DNA of 63,326 nt, the filler included, from Octopus bimaculoides (lineage: Eukaryota), in the NCBI RefSeq assembly GCF_001194135.2. It is 7 parts of 6 records of this genome, joined end to end, with 100 filler letters (N's around TTAATTAATTAA, not from the genome) between each part and the next. Parts side by side here need not be neighbours in the genome. Positions count along the whole stretch, not along the records: positions 49,482 to 53,562 come from NW_026327738.1; positions 53,663 to 63,326 come from NC_068996.1; 5 more parts are not named here. One strand, given 5' to 3'. A program made the translations under genes and the position numbers. The notes beneath the pieces are model-generated. The model made no database searches and had not been told where the DNA came from. It was given only the letters and a program-made list of their open reading frames with translations. Positions 49,967 to 63,192 of this stretch are shown in pieces. Numbering within the stretch: position 1 is the first letter of the stretch; every line of letters begins with the position of its first letter.

Positions 49967-50400
49967 GGGGAGCTGGCAGAACCGTTAGCACACTGAGCAA
50001 AATGCTTAGTGGCATTTCATCTGTCTACTTTTTGAGTTCAAATTCCACCAAGGTCAACTTTGCCTTCCATTCTTTTGGAGGTCAATAAAATAAGTACCAG
50101 TTGAGTACTGGGGTTGATGTGATTAACCTTATCCCCTCCCCTGAAATTGCTGGCCTTGTACCACAATTTCAAACCAGTATTTATTGACATAGGCAGTGTG
50201 CTGGCAGAATCGTTGGCAAGTCAGATAAAATGCTTAACAGTATTTTGTCTGACCTTATGTTCTGAGTTCAAATTCCAATGAGGTAGACTTTGCCTTTCAA
50301 GCTTCCAAGGCCAATAAATATAAGTACCAGTTGAACACTGGGGTTAATCAAGTTAGCCCCCTCCCCAAAATTACCAGCTTTTTGCCAAAATTTGAATTCA
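49967..50400 (+). mobile_element. Two head-to-tail SINE family B copies (49967-50180, 50190-50400)
   Basis: Each has a gctggcagaa head, gagttcaaattcc and gactttgccttt/aagtaccag. Confidence 0.8.
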
Positions 50401-51539
50401 ATATTTATTAACATCATAAGAATTAATAAACTTTGAGAGAAAGTGAAATAATTCATTTTTTAAACAAATGGATCTTGAAGTAAATAATAAAGTTATAAAT
50501 AATAGAAAGTAAAAATTGGGTTAAAAATCTCTGGATAGAAAAAGAAGAAAGTCTTTCATGTTCGCAGGAAATGTGGGTTTGAGTCTCACAGGCATCCTTC
50601 GAATTTTTCTATCCAAAGNNNNNNNNNNNNNNNNNNNNNNNNNNNNNNNNNNNNNNNNNNNNNNNNNNNNNNNNNNNNNNNNNNNNNNNNNNNNNNNNNN
50701 NNNNNNNNNNNNNNNNNNNNNNNNNNNNNNNNNNNNNNNNNNNNNNNNNNNNNNNNNNNNNNNNNNNNNNNNNNNNNNNNNNNNNNNNNNNNNNNNNNNN
50801 NNNNNNNNNNNNNNNNNNNNNNNNNNNNNNNNNNNNNNNNNNNNNNNNNNNNNNNNNNNNNNNNNNNNNNNNNNNNNNNNNNNNNNNNNNNNNNNNNNNN
50901 NNNNNNNNNNNNNNNNNNNNNNNNNNNNNNNNNNNNNNNNNNNNNNNNNNNNNNNNNNNNNNNNNNNNNNNNNNNNNNNNNNNNNNNNNNNNNNNNNNNN
51001 NNNNNNNNNNNNNNNNNNNNNNNNNNNNNNNNNNNNNNNNNNNNNNNNNNNNNNNNNNNNNNNNNNNNNNNNNNNNNNNNNNNNNNNNNNNNNNNNNNNN
51101 NNNNNNNNNNNNNNNNNNNNNNNNNNNNNNNNNNNNNNNNNNNNNNNNNNNNNNNNNNNNNNNNNNNNNNNNNNNNNNNNNNNNNNNNNNNNNNNNNNNN
51201 NNNNNNNNNNNNNNNNNNNNNNNNNNNNNNNNNNNNNNNNNNNNNNNNNNNNNNNNGTATGGGTTTAATTAAGATAAAAATTGTCCAAAATAAAACATAT
51301 ATTGATATTTTAAAAATACATATAAAAATATATTAAAAATATATATGAATATATAAGTATATGAAGATATAAACATAGTAATAATGTAATGAAGTATAGA
51401 ATTATAGATTAAAACGTTTTTAAAAAAGAATTGAAAATTTAGGGAAGAGAAAATAATAGGCATCAAAAAATGTTTTGGGTTACATATTAAAAGAAAATAT
51501 TCCTACAGACATTTCTGGGGTTCATTCTTCTGAGTAAAG

Positions 51540-52545
51540 AATCAATCTTAAAATTCATTTTCAGAGAATGTCTCCTCCATCAGGGAAAAAGTGATATTTA
51601 TGGAGGAAAGGCATTCAGTTCGATGCCAAAGTATGAGATAGTTGGAAGCTTTTATAGAAGAACAGATATAGCAATGTAAAGAATGGAAGTCTTTATGAGG
51701 GTTGATGGGAATAAAAATTACCTTACTGTCTTTTTTAAAATTTATATTTATATCAGCGATATACTGTTATAGGTAATAGGATGTTAAGTTGTGCGATGTA
51801 AATTAGTAAGGCTATTGTTGAGTACATTCAGATTTAAAGAGTTTCATGAAAGTTGAGTAGTATCTGTGGTTACACGAATGAATAGCATTGGAAAACTTAT
51901 ATAATACAGTAGAATTATACAGGTGAAGGATGGGGTATGATTCTTTTATGCACATTCTACATCTGACCATAATCGTGTTGTATGGGGGTGCCTAATCTAT
52001 AATAGACCAAGATAATGTGTAATTGATGTTCTGTAATTTTAAATCACGTATGTATCCAGCTAGTGCTTTTGAGTTTTTATAATTTAGCTTACTGAAAGAA
52101 TTTAAATGGGTTCTATATTNNNNNNNNNNNNNNNNNNNNNNNNNNNNNNATACTCTTATTTGATGTTTGTCATTTGCCACACTGCATTTATAAATTACAA
52201 GTTTTTGCATTCCTATCTTTAATTTTACTTGGATTTATTAAGGTTGTGTCGGCTTGGCCTACATTTAGTTGGGATTGACTGCATTTANNNNNNNNNNNNN
52301 NNNNNNNNNNNNNNNNNNNNNNNNNATTTGGACTTATATGGGGTACCTTATGGTGATCTAAGCTTTTAGTCATTTATTTCTATTTGTGGATGCAATAATA
52401 GATCCCAAATTAGGCATGGTAGAGTAAGATAATTTTATAGAGTGTTTGTTAAATATGGAGTGATATTTATGGTGCTTAGGAAAATTTAATTTCAGAATTT
52501 TAAACAACAGTTTCTTAAAGAACGATTTCACAAAACTTTGGTTGG
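51540..52545 (-). mobile_element. Penelope-like element 3' fragment (RT thumb/linker, GIY-YIG endonuclease, degenerate HHR)
   Basis: Minus strand: LNFPKHHKYHSIFNKHSIKLSYSTMPNLGSII; KLVIYKCSV...YRTHLNSF...ALAGYIRDLK...WSIID; YNTIMVRCRMCIKE. Downstream is ccCTGATGGA-ggagacattctct-GAAA (51550-51590). Confidence 0.8.
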
Positions 52546-53351
52546 CCTAGGGCTTTAATAGGAGACAATTGCCCAAGGTTCCATGTAGTAAGACTGAACC
52601 CGAGACCTTACAATTGGGATACAATACTCTAATGATTCTACTAGTCTACTATCACCTCAGGATCTTAAATTAAAGTTTATTGAAATTTTTAAAATGTCAT
52701 ACGTTGATGTAGTTTTCCAAGCTGAATTACTTGAGTTATTTCACTTTCCCAGAAAATTTTTTAAACAGTTACAGTGGTTTAAAGTTTCCTCATTTTCACC
52801 CAGTCAGGAAACAGGACTTGGAAGCCATCATTTTGTGTGTGACAATACATTTTGTCAACATCGTGAAAATAACACATCTTTTGTAGTTTTAAGCATTGAA
52901 TATACATTTAATGCAATAAACAGCACATTACAAATTAAAATTTCCAGGTGGGTAAAACAGTGTCAACAAGTGGTTTCAATATATTTGTCAACACATGCTT
53001 TCTCGAAGACAAAAGAGTTCTCATGTTTGGCTTGTTACTATGCAAACAGGCATGAATGTGTCTGTGGTTTACAATTAGCTAAAATACTCAAAATTTTCAA
53101 ACTTTAATTGATAATAACCCTTTATTTGCTGATTCATAATGAAAATGATTTTCATGGCAATGATTAGCCTGTGAAAGTGTATCATTACACTGAATATAAA
53201 ATCAATTCAAACAGAAATTGTAATTGGCAGCCAAATGGAAAAGATTCTCACCTCACGTTTCTTATTCAACTTCTGCTGGAGGTGAGATTTGAAATCAGAA
53301 TTCAAGGTGCTAGAACAAAAACTGCAAGGTATTTTCTCCAACACTCTAAAG

Positions 53352-53500
53352 CAGTGGTTCCCAAAGTAGCCAGTACTGCCCCTGCTTCCCCGGAGGGAGT
53401 GTAAATATCTAGAGGGGTATTAAAGAAAAATGGGATGGTAAAAAGGGGGTGTTGTTTGCCAAAGACCACCTTCTGTCAGGTTTAGAAAATAGTGCTTAAA
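53352..53500 (+). mobile_element. hAT (Charlie/Buster-like) transposon terminus
   Basis: CAGTGGTTCCCAAA end preceded by the 8-mer ctctaaag (53344-53351), resembling the NTCTAGAN target preference. The other end is not seen and may lie in the gap. Confidence 0.5.
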
Positions 53501-54276
53501 AACTGATCTATAAAGAGTTGCTTAACGTGGCTTTCTTCTGAAAACAACCCCCCTCCCCCCCCNNNNNNNNNNNNNNNNNNNNNNNNNNNNNNNNNNNNNN
53601 NNNNNNTTAATTAATTAANNNNNNNNNNNNNNNNNNNNNNNNNNNNNNNNNNNNNNNNNNNNTGTCAGTGGTGTTGTGGCTTTTTCCTTCCTCTCTTTCG
53701 TTTGCTGCTGGTGAAGAGAGCAAAGGTTGAGTTGAACTGTTGCTGCTGCTGCTGTTGTTGTTGTTGTCGTTGTTGTTGGTGGTGGTGGTAATGATGTCAC
53801 CAGAACTGGTGCTGACGTCAGATTCTTTGGAGACATTGTCTATGTTCTGCTTTGTAACCTTGGTTACAGTTTTGTTTTTGTTGTTGTTGTGGGTGGTGGT
53901 GGCGGTGTTAACACTTGAATTTGTGTGTGTAAATTCTCTTTTTCTTTTTCTCCATTCTCTCGTTTAACTGTGAGGAAGGAAGACTAGGAAATTCTTTTTC
54001 GAACGAAACACTGCAAAATGCAGCGTTCGTGTCACAAAGATTTTCATGGCTACAAGACGCCATCGTCTCAAAAAAAAAAATGTCTAGAAAGCCGAAATTG
54101 GTTTTTATATCCTGGAAATGTGCCACACAAGGCAGATTTCCGTCGCAAAAAACTTGCACCAGAGAGTCTACAAGTTGTTATACAACTTTGTATATAAAAT
54201 AAACTTTACAAACAAACTTTTTAAAACATGAAAAAGGCAAAACTTACGGAGCCGACACGTCTACCGTCCGTCCATA

Positions 54277-54277
54277 G

Positions 54278-54349
<72 letters not shown>
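54277..54349. repeat. (GATA)n microsatellite (also 14676-14742)
   Basis: Direct reading. Confidence 0.95.
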
Positions 54350-55089
54350 GGGGTAAATATCACTGTTTTACCCTTGAAGCACATCTGTTTATTCCGTTAA
54401 TACAATCCAATATGTCATCACAGTGCTACTGTTTATCAGTCTAAATACATATTAAAATTAAGAATTATGGAAGTATCAATCGTGGAAAATTTTGGCATTA
54501 TTTATTCTCCATTACACATGTTTCATTTGCATGTATTAGTTTTTTTCATATAACTTGTATTTTCACTTGTCCTAGTCATTAGACGGCAGCCATACTGCTT
54601 GGAAGAATTTTAGTCGAAAATTGATCTCAGTACTTGATCAATCTTTTGCGAGAACGTAAAAGAAATAACACCATTTGTTTTGAATAATCCCTACGTGAGT
54701 ACAAATTCGTTTTATCACCAAAATATAGGAGTTTTAATTTTAGGTTATTGTACAATTTGAATGATCGGAGTGGCGGTGAAGATGATAGGGTTTGCAAAAT
54801 AACTCTGCCACTATTCGACATTCTGGAAATCTAACTGTTGTTTTCAAACTTTGGGCGTTCGTTTTTGAAAAACTCGACGAAAATTTTTATTCAAAGCAAT
54901 ACATTAAACCGCAAAAGAAACACAAGTTTTTCAAATGTCATTTTTATATGGTAAGTTCTGAAAATTTATTTCGGGTATGTAAGTGTAAATATTCCAAATA
55001 TTTATGGTTGAGACTCAAATTGCACATAACCTTTCAACTTTCCCTGAAACGAGACGCCAAATCGCAGCTACGTTGAATGCCATGGGTAG

Positions 55090-56120
55090 CAGTTGCAAAC
55101 AATTGTAATGGAAACCGAAATGCACGTGCATCTCGTGAAGGTTATGGGTATAAAAATCAACTTGAACCACGCCCCTAGCATTGTCAGAAGCGCAGAGAAA
55201 ACAAGCCATCGGTCGATTGCAACCAGAGCGACGTACTCTGGTTGTTGCGAAAGCTTACAATGTCAGTGTCAGCACCATCTATCGCCTGCAACACCGATAC
55301 AACACTGACAGCCTGCGGACCGTTCCCGCAGAGGGCGCCTCTGCGTGACCACGCCCAGGTAAGACCGCTTCATCCACCTTCAACTCCCCCGTAATCACTT
55401 CAGACAGGCCAGCGTGACAGCTCGCGAGACCATTGGCTCTTGACAGCGACCCATCAGCGACGACATGGTACGACGTAGACTGACCGACAACAACCTGCGT
55501 TGCCGTCGTCCTGCTCAAGGGCCTGTCCTCCCCACCCGCCACCGTCAGGCACAACTACAGTAGGCTACACAGCACCGATATTGGTGGCATCAACAATGGA
55601 GGTCGATAGCCTTCTGTGACGAGAGCCGGTAATGCGTTTCCACTTGTGATGGCAGAGTGAAGGTGTGGTATAGGAGGGATGAACGCTGCAGAGACGCATG
55701 TGTCATGGAGAGAGACGCGTGGGGTATTCAAAGCATCAAGGTTTGGGGTGCTATAGGCCTGAATCAGAGAATTGAGCTCCATGTGTTCCGAAATGTTGGT
55801 GCAAGCAGATGGAATGGCATCACAGCACAGCGCTACGTTGACCAGATCCTAAGACCTCACATCGTGCCTTCTTCGCGCGTCACGATAGCCACGTGTTCAA
55901 GCAGGATAATGCTTCCTTCCACACGGCCAGGGTCAGCACAACATCAGAACCATGCCGTGGCAGGCTCTCAGCCTGGATTTGAACCTGAAAGTACACATTC
56001 TTAGAAAATAGTCTGACTCCACTGTGGACAAATATATACTAAATTCACACTCAAGATGAATGAGTGAAATGACACGAGAATTCCATCACGTTTCCACAAA
56101 AACTGTTTGACTAAATGTTC
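55090..56120 (+). mobile_element. Decayed Tc1-like (DD34E-type) transposon
   Basis: HTH QRKQAIGRL...VAKAYNVSVSTIYRL; VRRRLTDNNLRCRRP; FCDESR; KVWYRRDER...SIKVWGAIG...YVDQILRPHIVP; FKQDNA; WQALSLDLN (degenerate WP..SPDLN). Possible TIR remnants are weak. Confidence 0.85.
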
Positions 56121-56414
56121 TGTTTATTGTTTTATTCTTTGTTCTTTTTCTGTTTTTTCTTGTTACAATTTATGAAAAATTGAAAACAGAAAACTCACTT
56201 TGTGAGGATATTTCAGTTCAAATTTTGAATTTCTGTATTTCTGCAAACTCTCTATTTGAACCTGAGAAAGACAATTATGCTGTAGTAAAATTCTTCGATT
56301 TAATAAGAGGGTCAGTTCCTATCCATTACAAACCATTCTTTCTATCATCTAATATTTTATACACACACACATACACACACACACACATAGAGAGAGAGAG
56401 AGAGAGATTTACTG

Positions 56415-58440
56415 ATCATGTTTCAAGAATTCTTGCAGTTCCAAGCAATGCTGAGTTTTGTAGCTGTTCTATCTTGAACACTTGTACCAATCTTTTTCAG
56501 CCACGTTGGTAGTTGAGTGCTGATACTTCCAACTGCACCAATTACTATTACTATCACGTCTACTCTCTTCATTGACCACAACATTCGTACTTCCCACTTC
56601 AAATCGTCGTAGTTTCTTCTCTCTATTCGATCCTGTTTCACCAGGACATTCTATGTCCAATTCTCATGCATGTTTTACTTTTTTATTAACCACAACAATG
56701 TCAAGTTTCCGATGTCTGATCTGATAGTCACACTGGATCATTGCATCCCACAGGATTTTGCCGTCTTCGTTCTCGATTACTCCTTCTGGAGTTTTCTCAT
56801 ACCACGTCTTTGCTATTTGTAGGCCGTGATTTCCACAAAGATCCCAATGGAACATTCTTACCGCATTGTTATGTCTTCTTTCGTAATCAAGTTGTGCTAC
56901 TATCGAACATTCGCTATCAATATGCCTCACCGTGTCACTCTTCTCACCACACATTCTGCGTTTGTCGCTCTCAATTGTGTTGTCAATTTAAAGCTTGTTC
57001 TTGTGCCGCGCATATGAGTGCTTCTGTCTCTATTTTCAGGTCACTCTTCCGCATCCTTAACCACCAGTTTTCTGCATCTATCTTGGTATTCGTATCTCTT
57101 GCAAAATGACCGTACATTTTTTTTCTTTCCATGTTATTTTTTTCTTTTTTAGTTCTTTTCTTCTTTGAGTTTTTCTTTCTTTACACAATTATCAGTTTTG
57201 ATAATACCGGACTTCTGCACATTTTTCAGCAATGGTTCCACGGCATCTTTTACATACCACCAGAAGCTTTTTTCCTCTGCTTTTACACAATCGTGGCAAT
57301 TGATCACATCTCTGTCACCTTTATTTATCGATAAGTACAATCTATCAGTGTCACACTCGAAATGGAATGTTCCGTGCACTGTCAATGTTTTCCTTGTTTT
57401 CGTATCCATGCTTATCAGTTCGTTTTTTTCTTTTTTTTTTGCCAGTTTATGATCTCTGCTCCATACAGTTTGGATTTTATTCTATCCAGTCAATGTTGAG
57501 CGCAATACGAATCTTTGTCTTCGGAAATATTCTTTCCTTAGCTGTTCTTTCATTTCCTCCTCTCTGATTTCGTTGAACTCTAGTATGCGAAGGTACTTAT
57601 AGCTTTACTTTTCAATTTACTTAATCACTTCTCTACTAGGTAATTCTTTCACTGCCAGGGATTGTACCTTACCTTGTTTTAGTTCCATTACATCACACTT
57701 CTTGTGTCCGAATTCCATCTTAATATCAGTACTAAAACAGTGGACAGTGTTCACCAAAGAACTCGCTTGCACCTCATTCTTACCATTCAGCTTCAAATCC
57801 CCAATAAAGAGGAGGTGGTTAATTCTCTGAAACCTTCTCCTTAGCTGATATCTCAGGTACATTTTGCTCAGCACCAAGGTTAGAGGAATCATACAGTAAA
57901 CTAAAAGCAATGGGGATAATCTATCTCCTTGGAAAATCTCTTTCCTGATGCCCAGAATACTCAAGCTTTGTCAGTTCGATGTCATCTCAGTTTTCCAGCC
58001 CTCCACACTTTCCTTCAGAAAACATGTTACATTCCTTGCAATTCCAAAAAGATCTAAGCACTCTACGATCCATTTGGATTTGAAATCATATCGTAAGCTT
58101 GGTGGTAGTCAATCCAGGCCATTCCTGCATTACCACACTGTCTATTAGAAACTGGTCTTCAGTACCTCTGCATTTCCTCCGACAACATTTCTGTTCCAAC
58201 GGTAAGATGTCCTTAACATCAAGAAATTTCTACATTTTTTCTAAAGTCCTTCCTGATAGTAATTTCCATATCAATGGAAAGCAAGAAGTTGGCCTGTAAT
58301 TTTCGGCAGTGTTTCCTTTCGATATATCTTTCAAGCACAGCACTGTTCTTCTTTCGGTTAGCCGACCTCGGATTTCTTCACCATCGATCTGCATAATTGA
58401 ATGTATCAGACCATTTATAAAATTGTAGGGCATCAATTGT
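56415..58440 (-). mobile_element. R4/Dong-type LINE copy E (RT to C-terminus), decayed
   Basis: AENYRPTSCFPL; IFQGDRLSPLL; HLLFIGDLKL; CGEKSDTVRHIDSEC; RRHNNAVRMFHW; KILWDAMIQCD...KLDIVVV; QLQNSALLGTARIL. Confidence 0.9.
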
Positions 58441-59150
58441 GAGAGATTTGGTTGTTATATCTAGCAAGAAGAGAAGATAAATAAGTCACCACTGTTATTG
58501 TTCATATCAGTGGACAGTGGAGATGGTGTGTATAGTGATGTATCCTTGCTTACCGCTAGTTAGAAATATAGAAGACGTTAGTGATACAAATCATTATGAT
58601 GTTGATGAAGATGAGGAGGGGGAGGAGGAGGAAGCGAAGGAAGATGTGAACGAGGAAGATGATACTGATTCTGATGATGGTAATAATAATCATGCTGATG
58701 ATTGAGATGATAATTTATATGACAAGTATGATAATGGAGACATTGTTGATGATGATGACAACCATAACATCAAGAAAAACAACAACAACAGCAAGAATAA
58801 CAATAGTTGTTAATAATTGTGACAACGTCAGTGATGTGATGAAGTGGTTCGCTGTGCATACAATGTGAAATCAAAACATTTAACTGTTGCAGCTGGAAAT
58901 TCAGTCGGTTGTCAGTGTCAGAAATTTCAATTTCGAAAAACAAACTGAATTACCAATATCATTCAATTCACATAATTATATATATATTTTACTTTGTGAT
59001 TCTAAGGAACTGATACTCTCTTTCTCTCTTTCTCTCTATCCCTCTCTCATTCTCCTTCCTCTAATTCCTTCTATCTATTTATTTTCTCCTAACTCTCTTC
59101 ATCTATCTCACACGCAGAGACATACCAATTTTATTATAATACATATATAT

Positions 59151-59194
<44 letters not shown>

Positions 59195-60369
59195 ACACCA
59201 CACACACATTTATATATGCTTGTGCTTGAGTGTGTGTGTAGTTTTTTTTAATAATTAATTTAGTGAACCATAGATGACAATAGAGTTGAATCTGTTCAAA
59301 CTTGAATTTTTGCGGGAAGGCTTCACTGCACGCAAGTGGCAGCATGTATTCTTACTGAGGTACTGTTGGAAGTAAATGAAGACTTAACACTGACTCTAAC
59401 TATAGACTACAAATATCAGATTTTGATTGGGCACTGAATGTACTAGATACGAAATCATCTGAATATCGAGGTATTAAAAATTTTTTGTTAATATGCTAAT
59501 TTTAGTTTCGGCTCAACTCGATCGGACAGGTCCATGTTTAAAACTTCCTTGAACTAAATTTTCTAACACCCACTTCCATTTCTGAGATGATGGGGTTAAA
59601 CTTTTTCAGCAGATTTAACTGTCACATTGAGGCTCTCTCTTGAAAGGAAATATTTAAGTTGGTGTTGTGGCATTGACACTTGCATAATTGCGTAAGGAAT
59701 ATATCTTACAATGATATACATGTTGATTTTTAACGCATGCCGATAGATGCGAACATGAAAATGTTCATCGCTGCGGTATTTCAACTTCTTCTTTCAGACG
59801 AAAGTGAGTTTGCAACATATTTGATTTATCTGTGTAGGGTGAGATTTGAGACACCCAGTGTTTCGTCCTTGTTCTGTTTCCTCAGCTAAAACTATTTCGG
59901 ACGAATGAAAGAAGAGTTATTTTTGTTTTTGTTTTATCGCTCTTGTTCATGCATTTACCAAACAATTTATTTGCTGATGTGAACTAGAAACTGCCAACCG
60001 TTAATAAACCGTCATATGCACAGCGAACAACGAGAATCAGAACAATGACATTCATATTCATTCTTAATAAATTCTGAATTCTAACATGACTATGTTAATC
60101 AGAGTCGTATTTCGCTGTTGGAGAACAATGAGTCGAGTGTCTGAAGGAAGATTGATATTTAAGATATGAGGCTTTTTGCGAAGCAGAATTTGTAGTGAAA
60201 GACTTTTGTGTCTAGTATGCAGTAGCGTGTTTAAAATAAATATATATTTATAAAATATTTCATTACTGCTTGGAATTACATTTTATCTTCTAGTGAAGAA
60301 GGAAAGGTAGTACACATGACACTTTAAAGGCCTCTGCAATTAAAGGGGGGCACTATCGTTTTCAATAGA

Positions 60370-60410
60370 TAGGGTTAGGGTTAGGGTTAGGGTTAGGGTT
60401 AGGGTTAGGG
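60370..60410 (+). repeat. Interstitial (TTAGGG)n tract, six full units plus a partial
   Basis: Direct reading. Confidence 0.9.
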
Positions 60411-60538
60411 CTCCGTTAAAGTTACCCAAGCTGCGAAGTATTGTTGTTATAAACGGGTGGCGGATGAAGTCACATACATAACATTAATTTTAAATCGGAT
60501 ATGTAAAGGAAATAAACTTAAAACAGTTGCTCATTAAA

Positions 60539-60599
<61 letters not shown>

Positions 60600-60634
60600 T
60601 GTGTTTTGTCTATATCAATAATTATTGTGAATTC

Positions 60635-60791
60635 ATCCGTCTTTACGTTCTAAATCCAAATTCTGTGAAGCTTGGATTTGCCTTTCAAGCTTTTGGAGTC
60701 GATGCGGTTGATATCATTTGAGACTGGGATCGAGGTAATCGAGTAAGTTTCCCCAACAAAATTTCAGACTTTGTATCTAGAGTAGAAAGGA

Positions 60792-60792
<1 letters not shown>
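60635..60792 (+). mobile_element. SINE family B copy, degenerate
   Basis: gatttgcctttcaagc...gtcgat core and ctagagtagaaagga tail, followed by (ATT)n. Confidence 0.6.
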
Positions 60793-60849
<57 letters not shown>

Positions 60850-62831
60850 TTCGGACAAAAGGCTTTGCGGCATTTCTACCAGTCCTTTACGTTTTCCCTT
60901 CAAATTACTCCTGGGAGTACAAGTTGAGCAATGGAGTTGATGTAATGAGCTCGCATCATCCCTCTATAATTACTGGTCTTGTCCCCAAAATGGAAACAAA
61001 GGTGATGGACTGGGAGAATTTTCAAGTTCTAGACAAAATATTTAGTGGTACTTCCCCCGGCATTTTACATTCTAAGTTCATACGTCACCAAGGTTAACTT
61101 TGCTTTCATCCTTACAGAGTCGTTAAAAAAAAAACGAGTTAAGAACCAGGTGTCGATATAATAAACAAACACATCCCCTTAATAATAATCTAGAGACAAG
61201 AACAGAAATTCTATTATTATGCATAGCAGTTTCAATATTAGCATATTGTATTCAATATATGTGCTTAGTTGAGTAATTTTCCGGCAAATTGTATATTTTC
61301 ACTTAACAAATCCTCGCAAAATATTTATAAAATATTATGCCTTTTCTTTCCTTTTTTTTTTTTTTTTGAAAAGTACACAGGATAGGATAAAAATCAAACG
61401 CATAACTCAGTTTTCATTCTTTTGTGTGTATTTTATTCCTGCGTCCCGACCTGTTTAAAATACATAAACGTGGCTTCTATCTCCAAAGTCTAATTATAAT
61501 TACCATACAGCTTTTATAACTTCTCACAGAATAGTTTAGCGTCACTAGAATTCTTCAGTACTGAGCTTACATTAGTGTAAGGTAAACAAAATTAATTGAC
61601 CACTTTCAAAATGGATAAAAGAATCAGCATAGTAAGCTATAATTTCGATCATACATTGTTCTTGCAATGATGACGTCTTATCGAGCCGTTTGTGGTACCA
61701 TTGGAGACTTTTTACATTTAGTCACTTGAATGATAATGGCGGGTATCCTAGAGGCTAGGCAATGGGATACACTAGATACTCTATCGTAAGGTCGTGGGGT
61801 CGATTCCCAAAACAAGCAAAATTATTCTCTTGGAAAAGACATTTCATTTTATGCTGAAGTTTACTCAACTGAAAATTTAATGCGCTCTTGCAGGATGTTA
61901 ACTCGTAGATTTAAGTCTTGAGATTTTAAGTGAGAATTCTAAGTGAGAATATCCTACAGGATAGTTTGCTTGGAATCTTGAACAGAATTCATTGGATTCA
62001 GCTTTGTGAAATATAATGAAATAACCATCATTTATACCTGTCCATATTAAATAAGAAAAGGAAACATTTAACCGGTAACATGCTAGTTACCGGTGCGCGT
62101 TTCACGAGGCTAGATTTCTCCCGCATCAACTTTTTATCCCTTGTTAATCAAAATAAAAAGTATAACAATAGTGGGAGCATATTCAATTAAATTGTAGGAA
62201 CATCATTTTATTAAAAACTTGCCTGCGTTGTGATGTAATTGATCGCTTTCCAAGAAACTAACAACACGTGAGTTTTTAAACTCACAACTACAAGCTGATA
62301 AAACACTCAGCAATATTGTAATGTTACACACAACCATATTATCGTCATTATGATAATATATAACTGATCTTATTCTGTCAGTATGTTTTCTGGAATTCTA
62401 TTTACTCAGCATTCCCTGTCTACCTTAAATATCAATTAGAAATATCAAGTTTGTATTTTCATTAAACTGCTGTTAATTTGATTTTAATAAAATTTTGGTC
62501 CCATTTTCCTGAGTACATTAAATAATATGTCCTAAATATCACGATACTTTTCAGAAAATTATATTAGTTAGAAGAACGTGGTCGCATGAAACTAATGAGA
62601 TATAATCATAATTTCAGTAAATTAGCCTAGTATTTCTATCAAATGTATGTGGTTGGGAAGGGAAGTGCATGCAAGAACGTATTACTGTTTACTGCAGAGT
62701 TTTCATATACAGAATTATTTCACTCATCAGTGCTGTAGAATCAATTTCAACAAACACGAAGTTACGAAAAGAACTCTTAACCATTTGATCCCTATACTTC
62801 TATATTTCTGTCAGAAAATGTGAACAGTGTT

Positions 62832-62869
<38 letters not shown>

Positions 62870-62872
<3 letters not shown>

Positions 62873-63192
62873 AGGGAAAAGGTAAGACAACAAAAGAAAG
62901 TGACCTCGATATTATGTAAATAGTGGAATTTATCTGTAAATAATATGTGACAATTATTCGGTAGCCATGATAAAACTCCGAGTTTCGGATGTCAGGGCGG
63001 AAACCCACGCCGCCATCTCTTCAGTTACCTGGCCATCGAAAAATGCTAAGAAAATGACCGTTAAACAAAGGGAAATTACTGTTTGGTTGACCGTTATTAA
63101 GACAAAAGAGCTACTAGAATGACCGCTGAGTGAAGGGAGGGAGTAAAGGTAAGGGAGTAAAAATGTCCATAGTATTCGTGTAAGCGCACCAA
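62870..63192 (-). mobile_element. Second copy of the repeat at 104-425, with a better-preserved type I hammerhead (family H1)
   Basis: The minus strand at 62964-63033 reads gccaggtaa-CTGAAGA-gatg...catcc-GAAA-CTC-g-GAGT-T-ttatcatggc. Confidence 0.75.

Noticed and set aside
52694-53107. 137-aa ORF in unique AT-rich sequence
   Set aside because: No recognisable domain in this or the antisense frames and no convincing splice context; it cannot be supported without a homology search.
54792-54957. ORF ending at a strong donor-like G|GTAAGT
   Set aside because: No recognisable protein motif or clear acceptor; such donors arise by chance.
62071-62113. 9-bp hairpin followed by CTAG, as a Helitron 3' end
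   Set aside because: CTAG is followed by A and not T, and no matching 5' TC end or second copy was seen.
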